DNA from: an uncultured Granulicella sp.
GTDB lineage: Bacteria; Acidobacteriota; Terriglobia; Terriglobales; Acidobacteriaceae
DNA length: 61,471 nucleotides
Assembly (NCBI GenBank): GCA_937871785.1
Contig: CALMON010000012.1
Span: 1 to 61,471 of the forward strand
Direction: 5' to 3'
Below the pieces are notes generated by a model. It was not told the origin of the DNA. It saw nothing but the letters and a program-made list of their open reading frames with translations, and searched no databases. A program made the translations under genes and the position numbers. Positions 28,448 to 39,455 of the stretch are shown piece by piece; positions within the stretch are counted from its first letter, which is position 1, and every line of letters begins with the position of its first letter.

Positions 28448-29428
28448 ATGGGATCACACAAAAACATCGACGTGCACGCTCATCATCTGCCGGCAACCTA
28501 TATGACCCTGCTTGAACAAGGCGATGGCCCGACGTTTGGCGCTCCCCACGATGCCGCGACTCTACGCAAAATGATTGAAGGACAGGACGAGATCGGGCTC
28601 GACGTTCAGATATTGAGTACCGGCCCCAACAGCCCTTATCTCCGCGAGGCTTCGCAGGCAAAAGCCGCCGCCCGTTGCGTGAACGACAGCTACAAGACGA
28701 TCATCAACCAACACAACGGGCGTTTCGGGGCCTTTGGCAGTGTGCCTCTGCCTCATCCTGAAGCCGCTGTGACGGAAGCCGTGCGCTGTCTCGACGAGCT
28801 GGATTTCGAAGGCATTTATCTCGGCTGTTCCGCCCTGGGCCGGTCGCTCGATGACCCGGACTTCCGGGAAATGTGGGCCGAACTGGACAAGCGCGCGGCC
28901 GTCATCTATCTCCATCCTGGCGGCATTCTCTGCGGCACAGAGCCAGGCCTCGCAGGAATGGACGACCCCGGCATCGCGGTCACCATCGGCAGCGCCGCAG
29001 AGCTCGCGACAGCAACCCTGCGCCTTGTCGGGCTCTATCGAACGTACCCCCGTATCCGGGTGATCGTCGGTCTTCTTGGCGGATCGCTGCCGTATTTGCT
29101 GCAACGGGTGATCTGGCTGGGCAGCCGCTTTAAAGGCAAATCGCTCCTCGCTGAAACCGGCGCAGACAGTTCCCTCACCGCGGAGTTGCGCCGTTTCAGC
29201 TACGACGTCAACCTGCTTCCCGAACCCGCCGTTCTCGCGAGTGCGCGAGAGGCATATGGGCTCGACCGGCTGCTTTTCGGGAGCGACTCGCCAAGTGCCG
29301 CTCCGCAAGTGACAGCGCAGTTCCTCCGCGCTGGTGGATTTACACAAGAAGAGTACACGCAGGTGCTTCAAGACAATCCTGCAAGAATTTTCGGCGATCG
29401 TTTTGAACCGACATCACACGCGTTGTGA
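28448..29428 (+). CDS. amidohydrolase_2 family protein
   Basis: IDVHAH, IYLHP, LFGSDSP; usual H of xHxGG replaced (GLLGG). Confidence 0.85.
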   Translation: MGSHKNIDVHAHHLPATYMTLLEQGDGPTFGAPHDAATLRKMIEGQDEIGLDVQILSTGPNSPYLREASQAKAAARCVNDSYKTIINQHNGRFGAFGSVPLPHPEAAVTEAVRCLDELDFEGIYLGCSALGRSLDDPDFREMWAELDKRAAVIYLHPGGILCGTEPGLAGMDDPGIAVTIGSAAELATATLRLVGLYRTYPRIRVIVGLLGGSLPYLLQRVIWLGSRFKGKSLLAETGADSSLTAELRRFSYDVNLLPEPAVLASAREAYGLDRLLFGSDSPSAAPQVTAQFLRAGGFTQEEYTQVLQDNPARIFGDRFEPTSHAL

Positions 29429-29457
29429 GTCGCTTATTTCACTACCAGGAGACTTCC

Positions 29458-30714
29458 ATGACATCGGTCCTTACGCCCTTCGCAACCGTCGCTCCCACTG
29501 CCAGGCTTCCTTACACCGTGGACGAAATGATCCACGAAATTGAGCTTGTCGCGCCCAGGCTGCAGGCAAACGCTCTGGCTGAGGAAAAAGCGGGGCATCT
29601 CAGCAACGAGACCATTCAGGTCCTCGATGAAATCGGTGTCTTCCGCATCAGCCTGCCGCTGGAGTACGACGGTCTGGCGTATACCACCGAAGAGCAGCGC
29701 CGCGTCTACGCAGCGGTTGGAAAGATCGCCGGCTCGACCGGCTGGGTAAGCTGGGTGACCACCACGCATGGCCGCTGGATTGCCATGTTCTCCAAGCGTG
29801 CGCAGGACGAGGTCTACGGCACCGAGTGGGTCGGTCCGCGCATTTCCGGGGTTCTTTCTCCAAACGGCCCCGGCAAAGCGCGCCGCGTAGAGGGCGGCTA
29901 CATGCTCAGTGGCCGCTGGCCCTTCTGCAGCGGTTGCCGCCACACCGCGTGGTCCGTTCTCGGCTCCATGTGCGAGGGGCCGGATGGCAAGCCGGACATG
30001 CTTCTCCCTCTCGTGCGAACCGCCGACCTTGAGATCCTGAACGACTGGGCCGTCAGCGGGATGAAGGGTTCGGGAAGCAACACGGTTCAGTTGGTGGAGG
30101 AGCTTTTTGTGCCGGAACATCGTGTGCTGCGCATGAAGGACGCCGTTGCCGGCAAGTGGGCCTCGACGCCGCCGAAAGGCCAGGTGCTCTTTCTCAACAA
30201 CTTTCTGGACTTCACGACGATCCTCTCTGGCTCGACGCCGCTGGGCATGGCGCAGGCAGCTCTCAGCTACTTCAAGGAGCGGTTGGACAAACGTGGCATC
30301 GTCGGCACGGACTACAAAGTACAGTCCGATGCACCGCTCGCCCTGTTCCAACTGGCGGAAGCCACGGCCCGCATTGACGCGGCGGAACGGCTGCTATCCA
30401 GCGATTGCAAGGAACTCGATCGCCGCGCTGCTTCAGGCGAAGCAGCCGACGATCTGTTCCAGGCCAAGCTCAAGTTCGACGTCGCTCTTTCCGTCCGCGG
30501 GTGCTCTGAAGCGATCGAGATCCTTCATCGCGGCAGTGGAGCCTCCACGATTCATGAAGCCAACCCCATGCAGCGCTATGCCCGGGACGCTCGCGTGGCG
30601 ACGGTGCATGCGCACTTCAACTACGAAACCTGCGCCGAAAATTATGGACGGGCGCTCGCCGGTAAGCCGCTCTTCGGGCACTACTCTGTACTGCAAAAGG
30701 CCGTGGCCTCTTAG
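29458..30714 (+). CDS. group D flavin-dependent monooxygenase (4 of 4)
   Basis: SGRWPFCSGCRH, NDWAVSGMKGSGSNT, NPMQRYARDARVATVH. Confidence 0.92.
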   Translation: MTSVLTPFATVAPTARLPYTVDEMIHEIELVAPRLQANALAEEKAGHLSNETIQVLDEIGVFRISLPLEYDGLAYTTEEQRRVYAAVGKIAGSTGWVSWVTTTHGRWIAMFSKRAQDEVYGTEWVGPRISGVLSPNGPGKARRVEGGYMLSGRWPFCSGCRHTAWSVLGSMCEGPDGKPDMLLPLVRTADLEILNDWAVSGMKGSGSNTVQLVEELFVPEHRVLRMKDAVAGKWASTPPKGQVLFLNNFLDFTTILSGSTPLGMAQAALSYFKERLDKRGIVGTDYKVQSDAPLALFQLAEATARIDAAERLLSSDCKELDRRAASGEAADDLFQAKLKFDVALSVRGCSEAIEILHRGSGASTIHEANPMQRYARDARVATVHAHFNYETCAENYGRALAGKPLFGHYSVLQKAVAS

Positions 30715-30744
30715 GACTGGCGACCGAAGCCGCATAGGGAACAG

Positions 30745-31695
30745 ATGGTCATGAGCTTACAACACGCGGCTCTTCCTCATAGCGGAGAGCGGAGCCCGGT
30801 CATGACCATCGTTGCGCCGATAACGGACGTGTGTCCGACGACGATCGAAAGGATTGAAGCCGGGCGGCCACTACCCGCGCCTTTGCGCCAGGCAGTGGTG
30901 GCCCTTGGAAATTTCGATGGCTTCCATCTCGGTCATCAGGCCGTTGCTCGTCGTGCGGTCGAACTCGCGCAGGCGCGTGGCGTCGCGGCCATCGTTGCGA
31001 CGTTTGACCCGCACCCGGTGCGCTATTTCCGCCCAAAAGCGCCACCCTTCTACCTAACGACGCTCGATCAAAGACAACGGCTTGCTGCCGAGGCAGGTGC
31101 CGACGCGTTCATGGTCTTCCACTTCGATCACGTCCTCGCTCAGGCGACGCCGGAGGACTTTGTTTCGCAATGGCTGCCGGATGTCGGAGGGATCGTGACC
31201 GGCTCCGACTTTTCCTATGGCCGCGATCGGCTTGGCAATGTTCACTCTCTGGCCGAACTTGGGAGAAAACGCGGTCTCACGGCGCACCCCGTGGCACCGG
31301 TCCACACCGCCGACCAGATGGTCTCGTCAACACGCATTCGCGAAGCCCTGCGCCGGGGAAACTGTGCGACTGCCACAAGGCTTCTAGGTCGGCCGTATAC
31401 CATCGAGAGCACGTTGCGCCTTTCGTGGCACTTCAGCCGGCAACCCTCCATTCTCGCCGCCGCCTCCGCCTTCGGAGACTATCTGCGTCCAAAACCTGGG
31501 ACGTATATGGTGCAGCTTCGCAGATGGAACGGTAGCCTACATGAAGGGTTCGCGCAGATAGGCTATGACGATCTTCATGGCGTGCCGCCGGGCGACTTCA
31601 AACTGGTTCTCGAGAACTCCGCGCGATGGCTCGAAGGCGAGCCGGTCGAAATTCGTTTCGAGCGTGAAACGCACGATATCGATCAGGAACTGTAA
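30745..31695 (+). CDS. ribF: RibF-like FAD synthetase (FMN adenylyltransferase domain intact, kinase domain degenerate)
   Basis: ALGNFDGFHLGHQ, TFDPHP, GSDFSYG, VSSTRIREAL, LLGRPY; no GFPTAN kinase motif. Confidence 0.85.
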   Translation: MVMSLQHAALPHSGERSPVMTIVAPITDVCPTTIERIEAGRPLPAPLRQAVVALGNFDGFHLGHQAVARRAVELAQARGVAAIVATFDPHPVRYFRPKAPPFYLTTLDQRQRLAAEAGADAFMVFHFDHVLAQATPEDFVSQWLPDVGGIVTGSDFSYGRDRLGNVHSLAELGRKRGLTAHPVAPVHTADQMVSSTRIREALRRGNCATATRLLGRPYTIESTLRLSWHFSRQPSILAAASAFGDYLRPKPGTYMVQLRRWNGSLHEGFAQIGYDDLHGVPPGDFKLVLENSARWLEGEPVEIRFERETHDIDQEL

Positions 31696-32270
31696 GCCCT
31701 CAGAAAGGTATCAACCGCGTCCTGGATGGCTTTGTCTTTCTCGGTGGTAGCGCCATACAGTGCATTTTCCAGAAAGCCTGCTTCCAGCAGGCCTTTTAGA
31801 TGCAGAGCAGCCATGGAGGGAGAACGCTCTGGCAGCGTGCCGCGCTTCATCAGTTCCGCAAAAAAGAGCGCCATTTTCGGCAACGCTCTGCCTGGCCCCT
31901 GCTCAAAGAGGTGCGGTCCCAGCGAAGTCCCAAATCCTTCGGAGATCGCCGTGCGGGTGACCGCTAGAACTTCTGTCCCAAGAATAAAATGAACATAGGC
32001 CGTCCCAAAGCGTATAAGCACCTTTCGCACATCGGTACATAGGGGATTCAGTAGATTCATGATCTGGTCGCCCGGACCTTCACAGGCGACCTTCATGGTT
32101 GTTTCGAAAAGGTCTTCCTTGGAGCGGAAATAGCCGTACAAGGTTCCTTTCGAACCTCCCAGCCGGCGCGCGATCACCGCCATACTTGCCCGTTCAAAAC
32201 CCACTTCCCGAAAGACTTCGAGAGCTACCTCGATGATGGCCTGCCGTCGGTCCTCGGTCCTTACTCGCAA
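31683..32270 (-). CDS. TetR/AcrR-family regulator
   Basis: RRQAIIEVALEVFREVGFERASMAVIARRLGGSKGTLYGYFRSKEDLF; convergent with the monooxygenase operon. Confidence 0.93.
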   Translation of the reverse strand: MRVRTEDRRQAIIEVALEVFREVGFERASMAVIARRLGGSKGTLYGYFRSKEDLFETTMKVACEGPGDQIMNLLNPLCTDVRKVLIRFGTAYVHFILGTEVLAVTRTAISEGFGTSLGPHLFEQGPGRALPKMALFFAELMKRGTLPERSPSMAALHLKGLLEAGFLENALYGATTEKDKAIQDAVDTFLRAYSS

Positions 32271-32511
32271 TGTCGTTCCTTCTTCCCTGGGCCGTAACGC
32301 TATAGCCAGCGCTTAAGGCAGCCGGGAGCCCTGCGGTTGGGGAGTATCACTTTCTTTTCCGCACCTACCTCCAGTGTAACGCTCGTGTAGCTCTCCAGCA
32401 CATTCCCTGTTGCCAGAAGTGCAAGGGTGGTTTTGCGGCACGCTTTAACTCACGCGTCCGAGGACGGAGCTGCAGACCGGGCGGCACACCCTTCAAAGAA
32501 ATCGTCAGGAG

Positions 32512-33018
32512 CTAGATCTTGATCTTTCCGGTCTCACTCACAGCGATCTTACCGCCAGAAAACGCCGCGGCCAAATACCTTGCGCGAACCACCAGTTTAC
32601 TGGACGAGGCGTCCCAGTATTGCGCATCGGACACTTCCACACGCAACAGGGCGATAGAAGGGTCTTCTTCGCCCCCGGCAAACCAGGCTTTATAGAGAGG
32701 CTTCCAAAGCTCATGAATCTTGGAACGATCTTTGCTGATGCCGGCCAGCCCCTTGAGAACGACATAGGTGGAGTCCTTCGGTTCGGCATAGATCAAACTT
32801 ACATGGCTGTCGCGCTCCACCTCCGCCATAACGCCCGAACCGCTGTGCATCAGGAACCAGAATATTCCATCAACATTCTTCTCCAGCGTTGCCATAGGGC
32901 GGCTATCGAAGGAGCCATCGGTAGCTGCCGTAGTCAGCATGCAGGTGCTGATGTGCTCAATGAGTTCGCAAACTTTCTTCATGCCTTCCCGGCCAGTTAA
33001 TTCGATCGTCTCACTCAT
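32512..33018 (-). CDS. pyridoxamine 5'-phosphate oxidase-like / general stress protein 26
   Basis: TCMLTT...DSRPMAT, IHELWKPLYKAWF.GG.EDP.IALLRV...AQYWD. Confidence 0.88.
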   Translation of the reverse strand: MSETIELTGREGMKKVCELIEHISTCMLTTAATDGSFDSRPMATLEKNVDGIFWFLMHSGSGVMAEVERDSHVSLIYAEPKDSTYVVLKGLAGISKDRSKIHELWKPLYKAWFAGGEEDPSIALLRVEVSDAQYWDASSSKLVVRARYLAAAFSGGKIAVSETGKIKI

Positions 33019-33122
33019 AATGATTCCTCGGGTCAGTTTCGGTGCTTCTGTAATGTTTGTGGCTGCGCGGCCGCAGCTGGTTTTCTACAAAAAGGTGAGT
33101 CGAGCCACGCTATACAGCCACG

Positions 33123-36100
33123 TCAGTAGTTGAGTCGCAACGAGAACTGAAGAAGGCGAGGTTGGTTCTGCTGCGATGTAATCACTCCAAAGATAGAGCT
33201 CGCTGAATTTACATTGGGATCACCGAACTGTGTACGGTTGATGAGATTGAAAGCTTCTGCGCGAAAGACCAGGTTGACGTTCTCGTGCAGGGGCGTCGTT
33301 TTTCCGATTGAAAAATCCCAGTTGTCGATGCCGGCGCCACGTAAGGCTCCATCGGTTCGGGGTTCATTGCCAAAGGCGTTCGCTCCCGGCGCGGTGAAGC
33401 ATGCAGAGTTGATAAACGGCTTGCCCGATCTTCCCTGCGAGCCGATCGATCCGATGCTCTTCGAGCATCCCACCACGACGTTAGGCCGGATTTGTCCCGC
33501 GCCGTATAGATTTGCAAGATTGTTATTCGTGGCTACGATCGCCAGAGGGAATCCGCTCTGGAAAATGTTGATTCCGGTCGCGTTCCATCCTCCCACCAAA
33601 TCCTGAACAAGACCGCCGCTGTTACCGAGAAAGCGCTTCCCCTTGCCGACAGGCAAATCCAGAATGTAGCTGATCACAAGACGCTGGGGGACATCGAAGC
33701 TCAGATAAGATTTTTCCGCGCGAAGGTTAGTGTAATCCTGAATTTGTCCGACGGAGTGACTTTCTACCTGGGCGACCGTGGACTCCGAGTTAGAAAGAAA
33801 TTTCGCCCAGCTATAGTTTCCCGATAAAGTACCGCCGCTGGAAAACCTCTTAGTGATGGTGGCCTGCAAGGAATGGTAGTAGGAGTCACCCACATACGGG
33901 GGATTGTGCGTTCACATTCTGGTAGGTCGGGTAAGGTCGCAATGCTTGGCTTGGGGCAAAGTCATATTGGTCTGCCAATTGGTTGATGTCAATGGTTGCA
34001 GCTGCCGGCAGGTGGTCGCCGCGGGCTCCAAGGTACGCAAGTTGCATAAGCGCGCCGCCGAGAAGCGACTGCTGCAGGTTGCCGTTCCATTGCTGCAGGT
34101 ACGGGTACCGCGAGTAAGGAATGCGGCTTGTGATTGTTTCGCCGAAGAAATAATTCGGATTGTTGGCATACGCTCGACCGATCGGTTGTAGAAGCATCGG
34201 AACTGTTGGACTATTCGGCGCGAAGCGCAGAGGATTGCTCAACGGGCTGCCCGGAATCACGAAGGTAATCGGCGAGTTGATTGGTGAAGAGTACGTCGTG
34301 GCAGAATATTGCGTGTTTGACGGGAGAAAACCAAGGCTGTATCCGGCACGGATCGAGGTCCCTGCCTGAGGCTGGAAAGCTATGCCGACCCGAGGGGAAA
34401 ACAGAGTGTTGTGCGCCTGCAGGTCGGCACGACCGGAGTAGGCCGAGCTATTGACGAGGACCAGCGGATTGCTGAGTTGCGGAAGCAACACCGTGTTTCG
34501 ATCCTGCTTATTGGTATTGCCTCTGGGTAGCTCATAGCGAATGCCCGCCGTGATGGTCAGCTTCGAGGACATCTGAAAAATGTCGTTCGCGAAAACTCCG
34601 TAGTAGTAGTCCACGGCGCTTCTAGGCGGCGCTTCCTGAAATCCAAGGGGAGCTGCCGTGATCACACCGGTGACAAAGTCGGCAATGGGCGTCGCTCCGC
34701 CGCCGGGAAGAGTAGGGGCGCTCGGGGTCGCTCCCGTCGCATTGCGGCAGGTGTTCGCGCCCAGATACGGGATGCATGCCGTCGACGTACCGGCAAACAC
34801 GAAGAGCCCGGGCGAAGACACAGAAAATCCGAAGTAGTTTTCTCTCCGGCGAGCCTCCCCGCCGAGACTGATGGAGTGTCGGCCCGCTGTCCGCGAGTAC
34901 GTTCCCGAAACGACATAGTTGTCCGAAGAAGAAATGGTGGTCGGGTTCTGAAGATTGTATGGCTGGCTGATCAGGTTAGAAATGATGATTGCGGGGAACT
35001 CTGTGCCGGCAATCTGCGGCGCGATCGCGGCGAACGTGGATCCTAACTGACCGTAATTGGCTCCTTCCTGCGGAGCAATATGGTTGAAGTTACGAAGATA
35101 CGAGACGCGCACATCGACAACGGACTTCGCATCGAGGACGATCGTGTCACCAACGACATATTGCTGAGCATGCGTGAGGTTGCCGGGAGTGGACGTCGGC
35201 CCTCCCGTTCCGAGGAGATACTGAGTCGGCGGCTGATTCCCGTCGTATCGGCTATAGCGCCCAAAGAGACTTTGCTTTGTCCCCAGCTTCGCGTCGACCC
35301 GGAAAGTAGCGTTGCTGGTCACACCGCTGGCCCTGCCATTCTCAGAAAAGTTGATGGCAGGATTGGTGGAGGTCACGTTCGGCGTGGGGAAGTAGTGGAC
35401 TACGTTGGCCAGAGCGCTCGATGTTGAATCGATCCGGTTCGGGCAGATGACGTTGGCCACACCATTGCAAGAGAACTGCTTTTCAGTGCTGTAGATGCCC
35501 GTGCCGGGTATCGGAGTCTGCGTAGTCGGATCATAGATCGGCGCGTCCCCCCGGAAGTCTCCTCCCAACTCCGCTATAGTCGGCACTCGGCCTACGTTGG
35601 GCACTCCCAGGGCAACCCGGAACCCTTCATAGGAACCGAAAAAGAAAACCTTGTCCCTTTTAATGGGTCCGCCGACCGCGGCGCCGAACTGGTTTTGCGT
35701 GAACTCCGGCCGGGGTACCGGCGCGCCGTTGACGATCGTCTGCTTATTGAAGAACGCGTTGGCATTGAAGATGTTGTTGCGAAGATATTCGTAAACAGTG
35801 CCGTGCAGGGCAGACGTTCCCGACTTCGTTGCAAAATTCACGACTCCGCCGCTGAACTCGCCATATTGCGAGCTGATCACGCTAGTTTCCACACGAAATT
35901 CCTGGATCACGTCTTGCGGGAGCACGAGTGGCAAAGTGTGGCCTAGCGATAAGTTGAGCGGTGCTCCATCGACGTACACCGAAGATTGACCGGAGAGGCC
36001 ACCGGCGATCTGGTAATTGTTCAGGCCAAATGGGCTCGTAAAGCCACCGCCATTCTGGTTGTTGCTGGTGTTTCCGCTGGTGGAGCCTTGTGCGATTACA

Positions 36101-36624
36101 CCTGGCGTCAGCGTCACCAGGTTCATGACATTTCGGCCATTGAGAGGCGTATCGAGTACCTGCCGGCCTTCGATGACCTGGCTGACGGTTGGCGACTGGG
36201 TCTCGACCTGCGTCGAGGAGGTGCTGACCGTGACGCTTTCAGAAACGGAACCGACGGCCAGCATGTAGTCGATCGACGCCTGATCCTCGACGTGTAAGTC
36301 GATGCCCTCGCGAACCACCGTCTTGAAGCCGTTGAGGGTTGCGGTGGAGCGGTACAGTCCAGGCAGCAAACCCGAGATCCGGTACGAGCCTTCGCTGGTC
36401 GTTGTCGCGGTCGCGATGGTGCCGGTAGCTACATTCGTAAACGTCACCGCGACGGCCGGGATTTTTGCGCCGGAAGAGTCGGTAACAAAGCCCGTAACCG
36501 TAGCGGTTGTCGCTGCCTGCGCGAAGGCACCCACCGGGGTCAGCAGAAGGAGAACGCAAATGGCGAACAAGAACTTTGAAAAATATCGTGAAATCTCTTG
36601 CATACGTCGATACGCTCCGATCAC
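33123..36624 (-). pseudogene. Oar-like TonB-dependent receptor split by +1 frameshift (ORFs 33886..36624 + 33123..33893)
   Basis: CarboxypepD_reg N-terminus, PLNGRN, HGTVYEYLRN..FNANAFF, QNQFG; C-part ends PRLLQFSLRLNY; removing one base from the G5 run at 33898-33902 gives QSPYVGDSYYHSLQ, matching paralog NSAWIGDTYYNSLQ. Confidence 0.88.
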
Positions 36625-37064
36625 TTATTTACGCCACGCACAATCTTGGGTGTAAACAGATTGGCAACGAAGATGCGCCAATGATCTCGTTCTTGTCAAG
36701 CACTTTGTACGCACTTCGCGTTTCTCGAAGGAATTCACATTGCAGCTCGGTTGTTGGTTGCGCCATAAAGACGCGCTTGAGTTTCAAGTTCAGTACACAA
36801 AACACTGTTGGTTAGCGGTCAAAAATATCCAGCGCGTGGCCTACTCTCCAACGCCTTCAGAAATGAATGCCGGCCTATTTTCCGACGTACTTTTCCAAAA
36901 GCCCGATTCTTGTGCTAAAACTGTCAACACATTTGTGAGGTCCGCGAGGCGCAGACTCTTCCTCGAGTTTGTTTCTCCGCTTCTGCTGACGCTTAGCGAC
37001 TGGTGTCCAGGCAGATGGGGAGTAAACTCCATGCCAGCATCCTCACGGCCCATAAGGAGCACCC

Positions 37065-37682
37065 ATGCCAAGCGACGATGCGGTACAGGAAGTGAAGCGC
37101 AGCCCGGCGACCGGCGGGGTTCTTGACCTGATCTCCAACCGTTGGAGCCCCCGGGCGTTTGCGGAAACAGCCGTGACGGACGCCGAGTTGACCACCATCT
37201 TCAGTGCGGGTTTGTGGGCTGCCTCCTGCTACAACGAGCAGCCATGGCGCTTTTTGCTAGGGCGCAAGGAAGACCCGGTCTGGACCAAAATCTTCGCGTC
37301 GCTCCTTGCAGCGAATCAGTCATGGGCTTGGTCGGCACCGGTTCTTTTTGCGAGTTTTGCGAAGAAAACGCTGACGCACAATGGAGAGGTGAACCATTTC
37401 GCGCGCCACGATGTCGGTGCGGCATCCTGCACCATCAGCCTGCAGGCCACTTCGTTAGGTCTGCACGCTCATGGGATGGCCGGATTCAACGCCGCTCAAC
37501 TCTGTGAGGCGTTTCAGGTGCCGTCCGAGTTCGATGCAGTCGCTTGTTGGGCTCTCGGAAGACGCGGCGATCCGGAGCAGCTCCCGGAGGCTCTTCGGAC
37601 ACGAGAACTCGCGCCCCGATCGCGAAAGGGAGCCGATGAGGTGGTTTTCGGGAGTGTTTGGGGTACGCCTGCGCTTCGCTGA
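37065..37682 (+). CDS. nitroreductase family protein
   Basis: ISNRWSPRAF, WAASCYNEQPWRF, HGMAGF, R.RK; AAGGAG RBS. Confidence 0.93.
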   Translation: MPSDDAVQEVKRSPATGGVLDLISNRWSPRAFAETAVTDAELTTIFSAGLWAASCYNEQPWRFLLGRKEDPVWTKIFASLLAANQSWAWSAPVLFASFAKKTLTHNGEVNHFARHDVGAASCTISLQATSLGLHAHGMAGFNAAQLCEAFQVPSEFDAVACWALGRRGDPEQLPEALRTRELAPRSRKGADEVVFGSVWGTPALR

Positions 37683-37719
37683 AGTTTGAAAATGAAGGTC
37701 CACACACTGGCACAGAATT

Positions 37720-38451
37720 TCAAAGTTCGTCGTAGGACCCGAGTGCCAGCACGTACCCGCGCAAACGGAAAGCGTCGTATTGTGGGGCGACCCCTCCGAG
37801 AATAAGCGCTGAAACGCGGCTCATGAATTTGGCGTAGCGCACCGACGTGAGCTTGCCATCCCGTTGTTCAGCTGCGTCGAGAATGTCTCGAAATTCCGGC
37901 CCTCCGGAGTACACGCTCGGCAATTTGTTCAGCGTCTTTCTCCGATGCCGCTGAATGTTATCAATCAGGTCGGCGATGAGGAGTTCGACCCTCGGCGAGG
38001 CGTGTTTGACGATCGTAAGCGTGAACTCGCGGTAGGGAACTTCCCAGCCCAATTCGTCTCCGGTAACGGCCTTTTCCATTTGCTCCACATAGCCTCGCAA
38101 GCTTTCAAGTTGCTCCTCGGTTAAAAGAGGAACACTAACGCGAATGGCCACCGTCACATTGACGAGATGGAGGCACAGGACGGATTCAAGATCGGAAATG
38201 TCGTAAGGAGCGACGTTGAACTGCTGATTGGCCCGCGCGATGACGAGTTGATCCTGCTGAAGACGCCGCAGCGCTTCCCGAACTGGGCCCCGGCTTGTGC
38301 CAGAGGCTTTCGCCAGCGCCGGCTGCGAAAGCGATGTTCCGGGAAGCAGGATTCCCGTGAGGATATCGGATCGAAGCTGATCGTAGATCAAGGAGGTCAT
38401 GTTGCCGGCTCGCTTTTTACTGCTCGGGTTCTCTACAATTTTCTGCGGCAT
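37720..38451 (-). CDS. GntR-family (FCD) transcriptional regulator
   Basis: IYDQLRSDILTGILLPGTSLSQPALAKASGTSRGPVREALRRL; start uncertain. Confidence 0.88.
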   Translation of the reverse strand: MPQKIVENPSSKKRAGNMTSLIYDQLRSDILTGILLPGTSLSQPALAKASGTSRGPVREALRRLQQDQLVIARANQQFNVAPYDISDLESVLCLHLVNVTVAIRVSVPLLTEEQLESLRGYVEQMEKAVTGDELGWEVPYREFTLTIVKHASPRVELLIADLIDNIQRHRRKTLNKLPSVYSGGPEFRDILDAAEQRDGKLTSVRYAKFMSRVSALILGGVAPQYDAFRLRGYVLALGSYDEL

Positions 38452-39066
38452 ACCTGAATGTACCCTTTGCTTTGGAGAGTAGCAGATGACAATGTCGACG
38501 CTTCCATCCCAAAGTGTACTCACCATCCGCATTGAAGAGGCAGGAAACGACCTCAAAAATTTGTTAGAAGGCCTCTACACCGATGAGCAATCAACGTATC
38601 GGGGCAAAATTTAGTTCATTTTGTTGCTTCAAAAGCTATTCTATTCGGCGGTTTGCTTCGCCATACGCCTGGCGTTCTCCTCCAGATGCGGAAGTTTCCA
38701 ACCAACATTAGAGCATCTGTAAACACCTTCCTTCATCGCGACAGCTTTTGCCGCTTGTTGCTTTTCGGACCACTGTGGCGAAAGCTTGCGCTGATTGTTT
38801 GGCCAATACCGGTCGCGAAGATCAGGCTTGCCCAGGGACCAGGTTCTCTCGAGCCGCTTCGACCCCGTCCAACAGCCCAGTCCCATCCCGAATAGACATT
38901 TCTGTTTGGCTGAGGAGTGACACTTCTAGTTGGCGCCTACAGACGCGCAATACGGAATTTCCGTTATCGGACGTAAGCTGATTCAGCTTGACGTAGATGG
39001 GGAGTCTTTCAGACCTGCCTTCGAAGGGCGAAAGGCTCTGTGGTCAGGACAAGACCCTAATCAGGT

Positions 39067-39250
39067 CTAAGGTGTCGATGGCGGGATGTTGAGGTTAAGG
39101 TGAAAGAAGTTCGTCGGATCGTACTTGCGCTTGATCTTTTGCAGTTGCCTGTACTTCTCACCGCCGTACACCGCAGAATCTTCGTCTGCTGGTCTCCTCG
39201 CATCCAGTTGTACGAAAGCTCGCCTGTGAAGACGTCACCCATCGAGCGGA
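39067..39250 (-). pseudogene. C-terminal fragment of FAD-linked oxidase (berberine bridge enzyme domain)
   Basis: Minus-strand frame reads VYGGEKYRQLQKIKRKYDPTNFFHLNLNIPP*; upstream part frameshifted or absent. Confidence 0.7.
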
Positions 39251-39455
39251 CGGCCTCCCTTTGTGATGAGGGCGAGATCTCGAGCTCTTCTCGGAGACGG
39301 CTCGTTTACGTAGCTTCGGCAAAGGTGCTGCGAAGCTCGGCCTTACACCGGGTTTAAGGAACGATTGAGGGAGCTTGAATCTGTTCAACGGTAAGACCAT
39401 CTTTCTCGCTCGATAGCGACAAGCAAATTGTCCGCTTACCTCCCGGTGAGCGGAA

